Shown here: positions 1 through 10,200 of the stretch, piece by piece
Numbering within the stretch: the first letter of the stretch is position 1
How the letters are laid out: the number at the start of each line of letters is the position of its first letter
Origin: an uncultured bacterium
GTDB taxonomy: Bacteria; Electryoneota; AABM5-125-24; Hatepunaeales; Hatepunaeaceae
Assembly (NCBI GenBank): GCA_964387885.1
Contig: CAYLYZ010000005.1
Location: forward strand, 11,404 to 75,403
Length of the DNA: 64,000 nt
Reading direction: 5' to 3'
The notes under the pieces: model-generated
Seen by the model: the letters and a program-made list of their open reading frames with translations, nothing else
Databases searched by the model: none
Told to the model about the DNA's origin: nothing
Made by a program: the position numbers and the translations under genes

Positions 1-80
1 ATGTGAGGAATTATTTACATTCGCATCACCGGGTTTATTTTCAATTAGTACTCCTCAAAAGCTAAAAATTCATAAGTACA

Positions 81-2768
81 TTATCGCAGTAAGACTACTT
101 TTTGATTCAGTTCCTCATTCCCAAATTTTGCGTTAAGGAAATAAACACCTGAAACGAGGTTTTCACTCCGAATCTCGACCTGATGAAAACCTGCGAAAAT
201 ACGACCGTTTTTTAATTCTGCCATGTTCCGGCCGTTGACATCATACAAAGCGAGAGTGAGCGTCCCGGTCTCCGGAATTGAGAATTGAACTTGAGTTCTA
301 TTGTTAAACGGATTCGGGTACGGTGCATCTAGATAAAAATCCCTTACAACATTCGATTGATCCCAGATTAATTCCCCATAGGCAAACCCATCATTTTCAA
401 AACGCAGGTTACCCTTAATAATCCTCACTTTGACAACGTACTCGAAAAAACCATCCCAGAGTTTTAAAACAGGCTCTTCTCCGGGTTTCATACCCTCACA
501 ATATTCGGTTGAGGTATCATCCCCCCAGAGCGCTATTCCACAAAGACCTTCCTTATTCGTTGGTTTGCCCACACCTATAAATGTTCCGAGTGGTGTAAAA
601 GCTGCTATTTCGCATACTTCATCAAGATCATGTGTTTTCAGAAGGAGGCTCATGTTTTGACCGGTCGAAGCGGGGGCACTCCAATGCTGCCAAACAATAT
701 CCGGAGCAGTTCCCATTTCACCCATGTTGTTTCTCTCAGGTAGGTAATTCAGGATGACATCCCTCTCGACCTTTATTAAATATCCCCGTGTTTCACACCA
801 TGGACCCATATTGGAGAATTCAAATTCTGTTGAAAGGAAATTTCCAAACTCGTCTTTGGCAATTATGACATCTTCAATGATATTGGAAAGAACCACAAAA
901 TCAGGGGCTTCAGCACTCAGTTCATATCGAGGAAAATATGCAGCAAGATTCCAGCCTTCGGTAAGAGGAACATCCTCATCAAACGGGATTATCTCTCCTT
1001 CCCAAACCGCCTCGACATCTTCGCGGACATTTACCATATAACCTTCGGTTAGATCCCAATACGGAATATTATTAAAACGGAATTGCGGTGACCAGAACCG
1101 ACCAAAATCGTCCTTGACCTGAATAATGTGATGTTCATCTCCTTCTAACCGAAGCTGATTAAAAAGCCAAACGACATCAGGACCTTCGTCGCGATCCCAA
1201 AAGTTATCGTCCGGGATTATGTTCATAGAAACATAATTCCAAGCTTCGAGGAGCGGCATCCTGAGTTCTCTGATGTTACCAATTGAAAACAAAACCGGAA
1301 TCCTGAATTCCGGATCGTTACGATCGTTGGATAGGATTAGAATCTCACCTCGGTTAAGACCATCATTTAAGCCTTCGTCGGTAATTTCAACGATAACATC
1401 AATATCATTATCCGGATCCATTAAAGCCCGATTGGGATCACATGTTATCCAATCTACGTTACAGATAGCATGCCACAATAGTAAATTCTCACCTTCATTA
1501 GTAATATTAAAAACATATTCTCCCGGTTCATTAACCTCAATGAAGTCCGGATCAACAAACATATCAGTTTCTCCATCTACAAGATTTACGCTCAAGGCTC
1601 CGACATCGGCAATTGAGTTGTCAAGGTCTCGCGGTGAATCCGGATCTCCAGCATCGACACAAGGAGAATCTTCCCTGATATTATAATCTCCATCATTTTC
1701 ATCAATGAAACGAGGATCTTCATCAAATACACCTTCACCTCTTTGAATATCTTCATCATTGATGTCTTCAATGAGAGAGTATGAAGCCCTCGCCCGACCT
1801 CCGGAATGGAGCCAGACTGACTCTCGATGATTCCAAATTATTGTGTTTGTTAAATTAATAAATGCACCACCCTGTCCTCCATAACAAAGGATAGCACAAC
1901 GTCCAGGATTATTAGCAATGGTATTATGGTCAAAAACATTAATTTCCGCACCCGCACCTACATACACACCACCGCCAATGTTATCAACAACTATATTATA
2001 TCTTGCTTCAGCGCGACAATTAAATACAAAATACAAACCACCACCCCACGTCATAATATTTGAGAGGTTATTGCGAACAATATTATATTCAACAGTTGGA
2101 GCTCCCCGATCGAAGAACATACCTCCACCATATCCGGACTCATTTCGTTCTACCAGATTATGGGAAATAGTTGCGTTTGAATTGTAAGCTTCTATGGTTC
2201 CCTCTGTGAAAGAGAAATTATCACAGAAATGATTGCTAATTATATCCGCATCACAATTATGGGTATATAAACCGGCGGTGCGACCTGCTGATCGGTTAGA
2301 TCGGAAAGTGTTGTGTGAAAAGAGGGCATCTGTTTCAAAACACGCGACTCCTGCTCCCCGAGCCTCCAACTGATCAAATTCACCAATTGTCTCGGCATGT
2401 TCTATTATTGAATATGAAATCTCCGTGTCATCGTCTGCATTAAAGATTCTTATCCCACGCCACCTCCGACCATTTCTATCTTGAGTAAAAATTATAGAAT
2501 CTTCTTCCGTTCCCACTGCTGTAAGCAGTCCACGAACCCACAATCGATAGGGGCGTCGGAACCGAACAACTACACCAGGTTCTATTAAAAGCTCGTCACC
2601 TCTCTGAATGTCCAGATCATCCACAACGATATATGGAGAACCATCTACATCCCAAACACCTCTGACATTACCCTCAACTTCCGTCTGGGCGGTGCATTGG
2701 GAAATGATTAGAATTAGTATCGCAATTACAGAGTTAAAAATAAATTTCATGCTTTTCTCCCTAAACAA
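81..2768 (-). CDS. T9SS-secreted right-handed parallel beta-helix protein, paralog A. It carries a shared ~390-aa C-terminal cassette plus a T9SS C-terminal sorting domain (CTD). Likely start is the signal peptide MKFIFNSV.. near 2750.
   Basis: 895-aa ORF. N-terminal signal peptide. Repeated NxxGxxxxG beta-helix rungs (NIVVDNIGGGVYVGAGAEINVFDHNTIANN). C-terminus PYPNPFN...SGVYFLNAKF is typical of T9SS CTDs. About 80% aa identity to the next gene. Confidence 0.8.
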   Translation of the reverse strand: MFREKSMKFIFNSVIAILILIISQCTAQTEVEGNVRGVWDVDGSPYIVVDDLDIQRGDELLIEPGVVVRFRRPYRLWVRGLLTAVGTEEDSIIFTQDRNGRRWRGIRIFNADDDTEISYSIIEHAETIGEFDQLEARGAGVACFETDALFSHNTFRSNRSAGRTAGLYTHNCDADIISNHFCDNFSFTEGTIEAYNSNATISHNLVERNESGYGGGMFFDRGAPTVEYNIVRNNLSNIMTWGGGLYFVFNCRAEARYNIVVDNIGGGVYVGAGAEINVFDHNTIANNPGRCAILCYGGQGGAFINLTNTIIWNHRESVWLHSGGRARASYSLIEDINDEDIQRGEGVFDEDPRFIDENDGDYNIREDSPCVDAGDPDSPRDLDNSIADVGALSVNLVDGETDMFVDPDFIEVNEPGEYVFNITNEGENLLLWHAICNVDWITCDPNRALMDPDNDIDVIVEITDEGLNDGLNRGEILILSNDRNDPEFRIPVLFSIGNIRELRMPLLEAWNYVSMNIIPDDNFWDRDEGPDVVWLFNQLRLEGDEHHIIQVKDDFGRFWSPQFRFNNIPYWDLTEGYMVNVREDVEAVWEGEIIPFDEDVPLTEGWNLAAYFPRYELSAEAPDFVVLSNIIEDVIIAKDEFGNFLSTEFEFSNMGPWCETRGYLIKVERDVILNYLPERNNMGEMGTAPDIVWQHWSAPASTGQNMSLLLKTHDLDEVCEIAAFTPLGTFIGVGKPTNKEGLCGIALWGDDTSTEYCEGMKPGEEPVLKLWDGFFEYVVKVRIIKGNLRFENDGFAYGELIWDQSNVVRDFYLDAPYPNPFNNRTQVQFSIPETGTLTLALYDVNGRNMAELKNGRIFAGFHQVEIRSENLVSGVYFLNAKFGNEELNQKVVLLR

Positions 2769-2837
2769 TCAATTAATCACTGGATTTCAAGCCACATTTT
2801 TGAATTTAACATTTCCCGGAAATAATTAAGAATGTAT

Positions 2838-2919
2838 GTCGTCGCGAGGAACGCAGATACGAAGCGATCTGTTTGTAAATATATAACATAAGAGATTGCT
2901 TCGCTTCGTTCGCGATGAC
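2838..2919. repeat. About 82-nt intergenic hairpin repeat element, copy 1. Outer stem GTCGTCGCGA/TCGCGATGAC, inner stem CGAAGCGATCT/AGATTGCTTCG.
   Basis: About 85% identical to the reverse complement of 56401-56482. Nested inverted repeats are readable directly in the sequence. Confidence 0.7.
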
Positions 2920-3005
2920 GTACTATTAAGAAATGCAATAATAATCGCTGGTATTTCTAAATCAAAACATAATTCAGTTAGTTTCTGACTATATGACACG
3001 AGATG

Positions 3006-5684
3006 TCATTTAATCAGCATTAATTTAGTTGTCTTAACTCCAGTATTTCCGTATAATTTTGCGAAATACACCCCGGATGGTGCATCAGAGGCATTCCAGG
3101 CGACGGAGTGATATCCTGCATTGACCTCACCGTGTATTAACCTGGCAATCTCTTCACCACCTACGTTATAAATTGCTAACCTGATAAGATCATCTACTGG
3201 AAGAGCAAACTTTATACTTGTAACAGAATTAAACGGATTCGGGTATGGTGTTTGCAGGATAAAATCCCGAACAATATCGGGTTGATCCCAGATTAATTCA
3301 CCGTATGAAAATCCGTCTGACTCATAACAAAGATCACCCTTAATCGATTTTATCTTAACAGAATATTCGCAAAAACCATCCCACAACTTAAATTGAGGTT
3401 TTTCTCCTGACCGCAAACCCTCATAATCTTGTGTTGAAGTATCATCCCCCCAGAGGGCTATCCCACATAGACCTTCGTTATTTGGTTTTCCCAAACCAAT
3501 AATCGTTCCGGAAGGATTAAAGGCTGCGATCTCACATACCTCATCAAGATCATGTGTTTTAAGTAGAAGACTCATGTTCTGACCGGTTGCCTGAGGGGGA
3601 TCCCAATGCTGCCATATTATACTCTGGGAAGCAGCCATTTCACCCCGGTCCTCTACCTCGGGTGGGTAACTCAGGATGACATCCCTCTCGACCTTTACTA
3701 AATAGCCCCGTGTTTCACGCCAGGGTTCCATATTTGAAAATTCAAATTCCGTGGATAGAAAATTACCAAAATCATCCTTAGCAATTACTACATCATCAAT
3801 TATATTAGATAGGACAACAAAATCAGGCGCGTCCGCACTCAATTCATATCGAGGGAAATATGCTGCAAGATTCCAGCCTTCGGTAAGAGGAACATCATCA
3901 TCGAAGGGAATTATTTCCCCCTCCCAGGACGCTTCGATATCCTCATCAACGTTCAGCATGTATCCCTCGGTTAGATTCCAATACGGGATATTATTAAAGC
4001 GGAATTGAGGTGACCAGAAACGACCAACGTCGTCTTTGATCTGAATGATGTGATGATCATCTCCCTCCAAACGAAGCTGATTAAAAAGCCATACTACAGA
4101 GGGTCCGTCTTCACGATCCCAGAAATTATCACCGGGGATAATATTCATCGAAACATAATTCCAGGCTTCGTTAAGGGACATTCTGAGCTCTCTGATGTTG
4201 CCAATTGAAAGCAAAACGGGAATTCTGAATTCAGGATCATTACGATCATTCGAAAGGATTATTATCTCACCTCTGTTAACTCCGTCATTTAAACCTTCGT
4301 CAGTAATTTCTACAATAACATCAATATCATTATCCGGTTCTAATAAGGCGCGATCCGGATCGCATGTAATCCAGTCTACGTTGCAACTTGATTGCCATAA
4401 CAGTCGATTCTCACCTTCATTAGTTATATTAAAAACATATTCTCCCGGCTCATCAACCTCGATAAAATCCGGATCTACAAACATATCCGTTTCTCCATCA
4501 ACAAGACTCAAGCTCAAGGCTCCTACATCGGCAATCGAATCATCAAGGTCACGCGGTGAATCCGGATCTCCTGCATCAACGCATGGAGAATCATCCCCGA
4601 TATTATAATCACCCTCATTTTCATCAATGAATCGAGGATCTTCATCAAATACACCTTCACCTTCTTCAATTTCTTGGCGATTGATGTCCTCAATTAGTGA
4701 ATAAGAGGCACTCCCACGGCCTCCACTGTGAAGCCATATTGACACATCGTGTCCCCAGACTATCGAATTTCTGAGGTTAATAGACGCACCACCTTGCCCT
4801 CCATAAGAGAGGATACCGCAAGTTCCCGGATTATTGGCAATTGTATTATGTTCAAAAACATCAATTTCCGATCCGGCACCAACATATACACCACCACCGA
4901 TATTATCCACAACTATATTATATCGTACTTCTGCACGACAGCCCCATGCGAAATACAATCCACAACCCCAATCCATTACCGTTGAATCGTTAAATCGAAC
5001 AATGTTATACTCAACTGTGGGAGCTCCCTCGTAAAATATCATGCCTCCACCATGCTGTGACTCATTATTCTCAACAATATTGTGACTGATGTTCGCATTT
5101 GAGTTTATTGCCTCTACTGCCGCATTTGTATCTGCAAAATTATCATAGACATGATTGTGTAGAATATCCGCGTCACAGTTGTCAGTGTAAATCCCGGCAG
5201 TGCGACCGGCAGATCTGTTAAACCTGATTGTGTTGTGTGAAAAGAGAGCATCTGTATTGAAACAGGCTATTCCTGCTCCACGGGCTTCAATATCATCAAA
5301 TTGACCGATTGTTTCTGCATATTCTATTACCGAATATGAAATTTCCGTATCATTATCCGCATTCTCAATTCTTATTCCACGCCATCTTCGTCCAACTCTA
5401 TCCCGAGTGAATATAATCGAATCTTCTTCTGTTCCAACAGCAGTAAGTAAACCATGAACCCACATGCAATTTGGCCGTTCAAATCGGACAACTACTCCCG
5501 GCTCGATAACAAGTTCATCACCTCGCCGGATTTCCACATCATCAACTACAATGTAGGGAGATCCTTCTACATTCCAAACTCCCCTGATATTACCTTCAAC
5601 TTCAGTTTGAGCAAATATCTGCCCGATACTCAATGTTATTAAAACCATTATGGATACTAAAACAACTCTCATGTCATCCTCCAC
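3006..5684 (-). CDS. T9SS-secreted right-handed beta-helix protein, paralog B (tandem duplicate of 81..2768).
   Basis: 892 aa. Same architecture and motifs as paralog A. Nucleotide identity is roughly 85% over long stretches. Confidence 0.8.
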   Translation of the reverse strand: MEDDMRVVLVSIMVLITLSIGQIFAQTEVEGNIRGVWNVEGSPYIVVDDVEIRRGDELVIEPGVVVRFERPNCMWVHGLLTAVGTEEDSIIFTRDRVGRRWRGIRIENADNDTEISYSVIEYAETIGQFDDIEARGAGIACFNTDALFSHNTIRFNRSAGRTAGIYTDNCDADILHNHVYDNFADTNAAVEAINSNANISHNIVENNESQHGGGMIFYEGAPTVEYNIVRFNDSTVMDWGCGLYFAWGCRAEVRYNIVVDNIGGGVYVGAGSEIDVFEHNTIANNPGTCGILSYGGQGGASINLRNSIVWGHDVSIWLHSGGRGSASYSLIEDINRQEIEEGEGVFDEDPRFIDENEGDYNIGDDSPCVDAGDPDSPRDLDDSIADVGALSLSLVDGETDMFVDPDFIEVDEPGEYVFNITNEGENRLLWQSSCNVDWITCDPDRALLEPDNDIDVIVEITDEGLNDGVNRGEIIILSNDRNDPEFRIPVLLSIGNIRELRMSLNEAWNYVSMNIIPGDNFWDREDGPSVVWLFNQLRLEGDDHHIIQIKDDVGRFWSPQFRFNNIPYWNLTEGYMLNVDEDIEASWEGEIIPFDDDVPLTEGWNLAAYFPRYELSADAPDFVVLSNIIDDVVIAKDDFGNFLSTEFEFSNMEPWRETRGYLVKVERDVILSYPPEVEDRGEMAASQSIIWQHWDPPQATGQNMSLLLKTHDLDEVCEIAAFNPSGTIIGLGKPNNEGLCGIALWGDDTSTQDYEGLRSGEKPQFKLWDGFCEYSVKIKSIKGDLCYESDGFSYGELIWDQPDIVRDFILQTPYPNPFNSVTSIKFALPVDDLIRLAIYNVGGEEIARLIHGEVNAGYHSVAWNASDAPSGVYFAKLYGNTGVKTTKLMLIK

Positions 5685-5758
5685 AAAGTATTCATACGAG
5701 TTTCTTACGATGAATGTAAATAGTTTACAAGTATTTAACTACCGTCTTTTACAGAGCC

Positions 5759-7117
5759 CTATTTTCTGATTGATTGACCGATTCCCCACAGCCACTTGAG
5801 GGGCTTATAAATTGTGGGATGATCGCTGATTAAGAGCTTAATATGATAAGGTTTAAATGGACCTCTTGATTTCCAGAGCATCTTCTTGACGATCTGGTAA
5901 TCTACTCCCTTTATCTTCTCTCCATAGGGATTTCTCCTGAATTGTGCATAATCTGTGTTTAGAAGCAGATCATGCTCTAAGCAATAATCATACAGATTCG
6001 TGCCCGGATGTGGCGAATAGAATGCAGCGGAACGTATTTCTGGTTTAATCGTGTTTATCATTCTAACCGTATCCATCATCTCTTCTTCAGTCTCTGTAGG
6101 AATTCCGAGCATATAATTTGCATCAATCATAATATCCAATTCCCGACAGATTTCAGCAGCTTCATAATTCTGCTCTGCTGTTACGCCTTTACGTAGTAAT
6201 TTAAGGATTCTATTGTTCCCACTCTCAAATCCGATGCTGAACATTTTCACACCTGCTTCTCTGAGGTGCTTTATCATGTCCTTTTTCTTGCAAATAATAT
6301 CTGATCTCGATTGGATGATGAATGGTTGACTGAAACCAGCTGCAGTATAACTGTCACAAAATTTGTGTACGTAATCTTCGTCCTCAGTAAAACAATCATC
6401 GTGCAGCATAAAGCTATTAAAACCTGCTGAGTCTCTTAATTCTTCTAATTCACTGATAACATTTGCAACAGAACGTCTCCGGACTTTTCTCCCAAACATT
6501 CTCCTTTCAGCAGGCTGACAGAAGCTACAATTATAAATGCAGCCACGACCGGCTATCAAGGTTACAAATGGTGGCTCAAATAGATTGTGGTAAGGTGTTT
6601 CCGGCTTTGGATAAAAGGATCTGTCAGCAAAGGGAATCCCGTCAAGATCGGGCATAATCCCAGTCGTGAGTCTTGGATATTCCTCGCCCTTTTCAATGTG
6701 ATCTAAAATGATGGGAAAGCTGATTTCTCCTTCTCCTCGCAGTACAAAATCAACACTTTCAAATTTTAAAACATCATCGGGAAAAATGGAGGGGTGGGGT
6801 CCGCCTACCACAATTTTTACAGTGGGAAGGGCTTTTCGGCAGTGTTCAACACCTTCCTTTACTATTTCATAATCAACAGTCATCATCGTAAATCCGACAA
6901 CGTCAGGCTTAGTTTTCATCAACTCGCGACTAAAAGCCTGCCAACCGGATAATCTTCTTAAATCGATAAGTCTGACACTATGCCCTGATCTTTTTAAAAC
7001 AGCGCTGAGAATACTCAAACCATGGGAGATATAGGAACCTTCCTGACTACTTCCATAGCTATTAAAACCACATCTACTGATGCCTGTATGTATTAGTGCT
7101 GTATGCATGATTTTCAA
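5759..7117 (-). CDS. B12-binding-domain radical SAM enzyme (class B-like).
   Basis: 452 aa. N-terminal Rossmann-like cobalamin-binding region. CxxxCxxC motif GRGCIYNCSFCQ, typical of the radical SAM core. Confidence 0.8.
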   Translation of the reverse strand: MKIMHTALIHTGISRCGFNSYGSSQEGSYISHGLSILSAVLKRSGHSVRLIDLRRLSGWQAFSRELMKTKPDVVGFTMMTVDYEIVKEGVEHCRKALPTVKIVVGGPHPSIFPDDVLKFESVDFVLRGEGEISFPIILDHIEKGEEYPRLTTGIMPDLDGIPFADRSFYPKPETPYHNLFEPPFVTLIAGRGCIYNCSFCQPAERRMFGRKVRRRSVANVISELEELRDSAGFNSFMLHDDCFTEDEDYVHKFCDSYTAAGFSQPFIIQSRSDIICKKKDMIKHLREAGVKMFSIGFESGNNRILKLLRKGVTAEQNYEAAEICRELDIMIDANYMLGIPTETEEEMMDTVRMINTIKPEIRSAAFYSPHPGTNLYDYCLEHDLLLNTDYAQFRRNPYGEKIKGVDYQIVKKMLWKSRGPFKPYHIKLLISDHPTIYKPLKWLWGIGQSIRK

Positions 7118-7182
7118 AGAGGTTTTCCAAGTTTATCCGCAAATATCCCGAAGACAGCTTTATCGAAATACTCACTAAAAAG

Positions 7183-7233
7183 CAACAAAGCAATTCCATA
7201 TATATAATATATACGTGAAATTGCTTTGTTGCA
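7183..7233. promoter_or_regulatory. Perfect 14-bp inverted repeat GCAACAAAGCAATT-N23-AATTGCTTTGTTGC, 65 bp upstream of the radical SAM start.
   Basis: Seen directly. A second small hairpin CACAGG-T7-CCTGTG follows at 7252-7271. Confidence 0.4.
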
Positions 7234-7298
7234 AATTTGTTAAGGTCTTGCCACAGGTTTTTTTCCTGTGAGACTCTTAAGTTAGAGTCGATAAAGAA

Positions 7299-10200
7299 TT
7301 ATTTCAGCAGCATTAATTTTGCGACCTTAATATCGGTGCTGCCGGATAATCTTGCGAAATAAACTCCCGAGGAAATCGTCGATGCGTTCCATGTCGCAGA
7401 ATGATAACCAGCAGTGAGATCACTGTTAATTAGCGTCGCGACTTCGCGACCGGACACGTCATAAATCGAAAGCCTTACATGTTCATGGCTTGGAAGTGCA
7501 AAGTTTAATCTGGTTGTTGCATTAAAGGGATTCGGGTATATACCGGTTAGTCCGAATTCGGTTGGGATCTCACTCATTGAGAGTTTACCGGTTTCTAATC
7601 CGTCTGTCTTAAATACAATTTCACCTGACTCGTTGAGCTGTGCTGACAGCTCGGAATGTCCTGTCCAGACTCGAAGCTCAGCACCCTCTCCATCAACTAA
7701 GCCCTCAATTTCATCAGTTGCGGGGTTATCACCCCATACCGCAAGACCACACCTGCCTTCAGAATCAAATCTGCCACTTCCTACAACTCTTCCGGATTCT
7801 GTTATCGCAGCCAGCTCCCAACCAGCATTATCTGGTGAGCCCTGTGCAAAAACACTCATATTAATTCCAGTTGGTGTCAGAATTGTATAATGGTTTGGAT
7901 CAACAGGGACATCCGCGGTTACAAACGCAACCCGTTCACCTTCACCATCCTGATAGATGAGCTCAACATCTTCTGAAACGTTAAATTGATAAGCTGACAG
8001 CTCAGCCATCTCACCCATATTGCTGAAACCGAATTCAGGTAGATAGAAGCGTCCCAACACATCCTTTGCTAATAGCAATTGGTCAGCAATTCCTGCTAAG
8101 GCAACAGTAGCATCAATTGGATCTCGTGGGAAATATGCTTTCATGTTCCAGCCTTCCGATAGTGCAATCGGAGTGTCAAACGGGATTTCCATCCCCGTGA
8201 TCTCAAGTGAAGTGTCTTCGGTAACTCCAATCAGGAAACCTTCACCAACAGCCCATTCCGGGATATTATTGAAGTTGTGCGCCGGCAGATAAAATCGTCC
8301 CTGACCGTCTTTGAATATGATTATCTGATCCTGTTCAACCAGTGGTGCAAGTATCGTGGGAATATCCCTTTCTTCAGGGTTGACATTAAGCGAAATCATG
8401 TTCCACCCTTCAACCATTTCAATGAGCCGATCATCAATACGTGGTCCTGCCGGCAATACTTCCAGTGAAATTTCTATCAGAGTTTCACCACCCTCAGCAT
8501 TATGAGTGTAGACAAGATCTCCGACAAACTCCACTTCCGGCAATCCCGTGGAATTCAAGGTCAACAGAAAATCTTCGGATTCATCCGGTTCAAGTGATCC
8601 GGTAACCGGCTCAACCTGCATCCAATCCCGACGGACATCAAGTTGCCATATATCAATGCGATCATTAGGTCCGGTGTTAGAAATCGTTATAAACACCCAA
8701 CTGTAAACATCAAATTGGTTGGTAATAAAACTTGCAGCAGGCGTACCACCGGCTTCCGGTTCAAGTATCTCAACAAACGCGGTATCACCGTTATCAGGAT
8801 TCATCTTATGGACTATCTGGTCAGCAATCTGAGAATTCTTGTGGTAAATATATAATCCAAACCCGTCAGGATCTTCAGGCCAATAAGATAAGCCATAAAC
8901 CCTAAGACTTTGCCTGTCCAATTCTCCGACTTCATTACCTTCCCGATCGAGACCTATAATGTCAGAGGTTGTACTCGACACCCACATTATTTCACGGTCA
9001 GGATCCCACGCGAAATTGTTATTTGGGTTAAATGGTCCGTCAGCCTCAAGCATTAACTCACCATCGGGAGTGAATGCATAAACATTACCAGTTCCGGAAC
9101 CCCAGATCCATTCACCGTCGAATCCAAGATCCTTGTGTCCATAGCCTCCGCCTGGACCGAACTGGTCATATTGTTCGATCAATTCACCCTCTCGGTTAAC
9201 GACGTAAATCTGAGGATCACGATTATTTGAACCGGCAACATAGAACCTGTCTTCAATGAAAACAACACCCTGAAGTCGACTGTCACCTATTTCTTGCCCT
9301 ACCGGATAGCCACGTCTATATTCCCATGGATCAGCATTTGCATCTCCGCGCAACTCTCGTGCTACACTCCAGGTGAGCATACCATTTCCGGTGTTTGTAA
9401 CAGTGAATTCATGCTCTGAAGCCTGTGCTTCCGGAAGTCTGTTTGCAATACGCTCTGTCGAAGGTGTAAATTCAGGATGCAATAAAGAGAAATCTATGGT
9501 TTCTTCTTCATCTTCGGGAATTTCGAAATCAAATTTTGTTGAATCATTGTATCCCAGTTTGCGTGCTGAAATGTCAAATGGAACTTCAGCAAGTGCACCA
9601 TTAATCGTGTATTCACCATTTTCATCCGTTACAGCAGTAAAGCCATGTTCAGTAGCGACAACAACACCCTCAACGGGTTCTCCCGTTTCGAAGTCAGTAA
9701 CCGTACCGACGACTATACAGGCCTTGTATCGCGGTGATGTTGAATAGAAAATCGCTCGGCGAGCTGCTAAGGGTGCAGATGTTACCGGATATTGATTGTT
9801 ATAAGAATAGCTCAATCCCGTTGTTCCATCCGGGCTTGATATTCCTACAGAAGCATATGGTACGTTTTTCTCCCATGCGCTTCCCTCTTGAGGACCTCTC
9901 GCCTGGGATATGGACTTATACTGTATCAGAATATTCTGATCACCGGTTTCGGTAATCCAAACATCATGGTCATAAAGGATAACCTGGAAGGTTAAATCGT
10001 TGTTTCCTCCTTCACGGTGTCTTAATCTGTACCATTCGATGATGAAACGAGCATCATCTTCATCGTAATAATAATAGATCTCACCATTATTCCCGAGTTG
10101 CAGCCAATCCCAGAATGGAGCAATAGTTCCTGCTCCGGCACCGATACCCTGATCAAGCGGCCAATTCTGGAAATTAGTTATTTCTCCCTGATCTCCCATG

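Noticed and set aside
1273-1686. Plus-strand 137-aa ORFs (1273..1686 and 4195..4608) that look conserved as a pair
   Set aside because: They lie antisense inside the duplicated beta-helix genes. Their similarity is a by-product of the gene duplication. Their composition is Ser/Pro-rich, typical of shadow ORFs.
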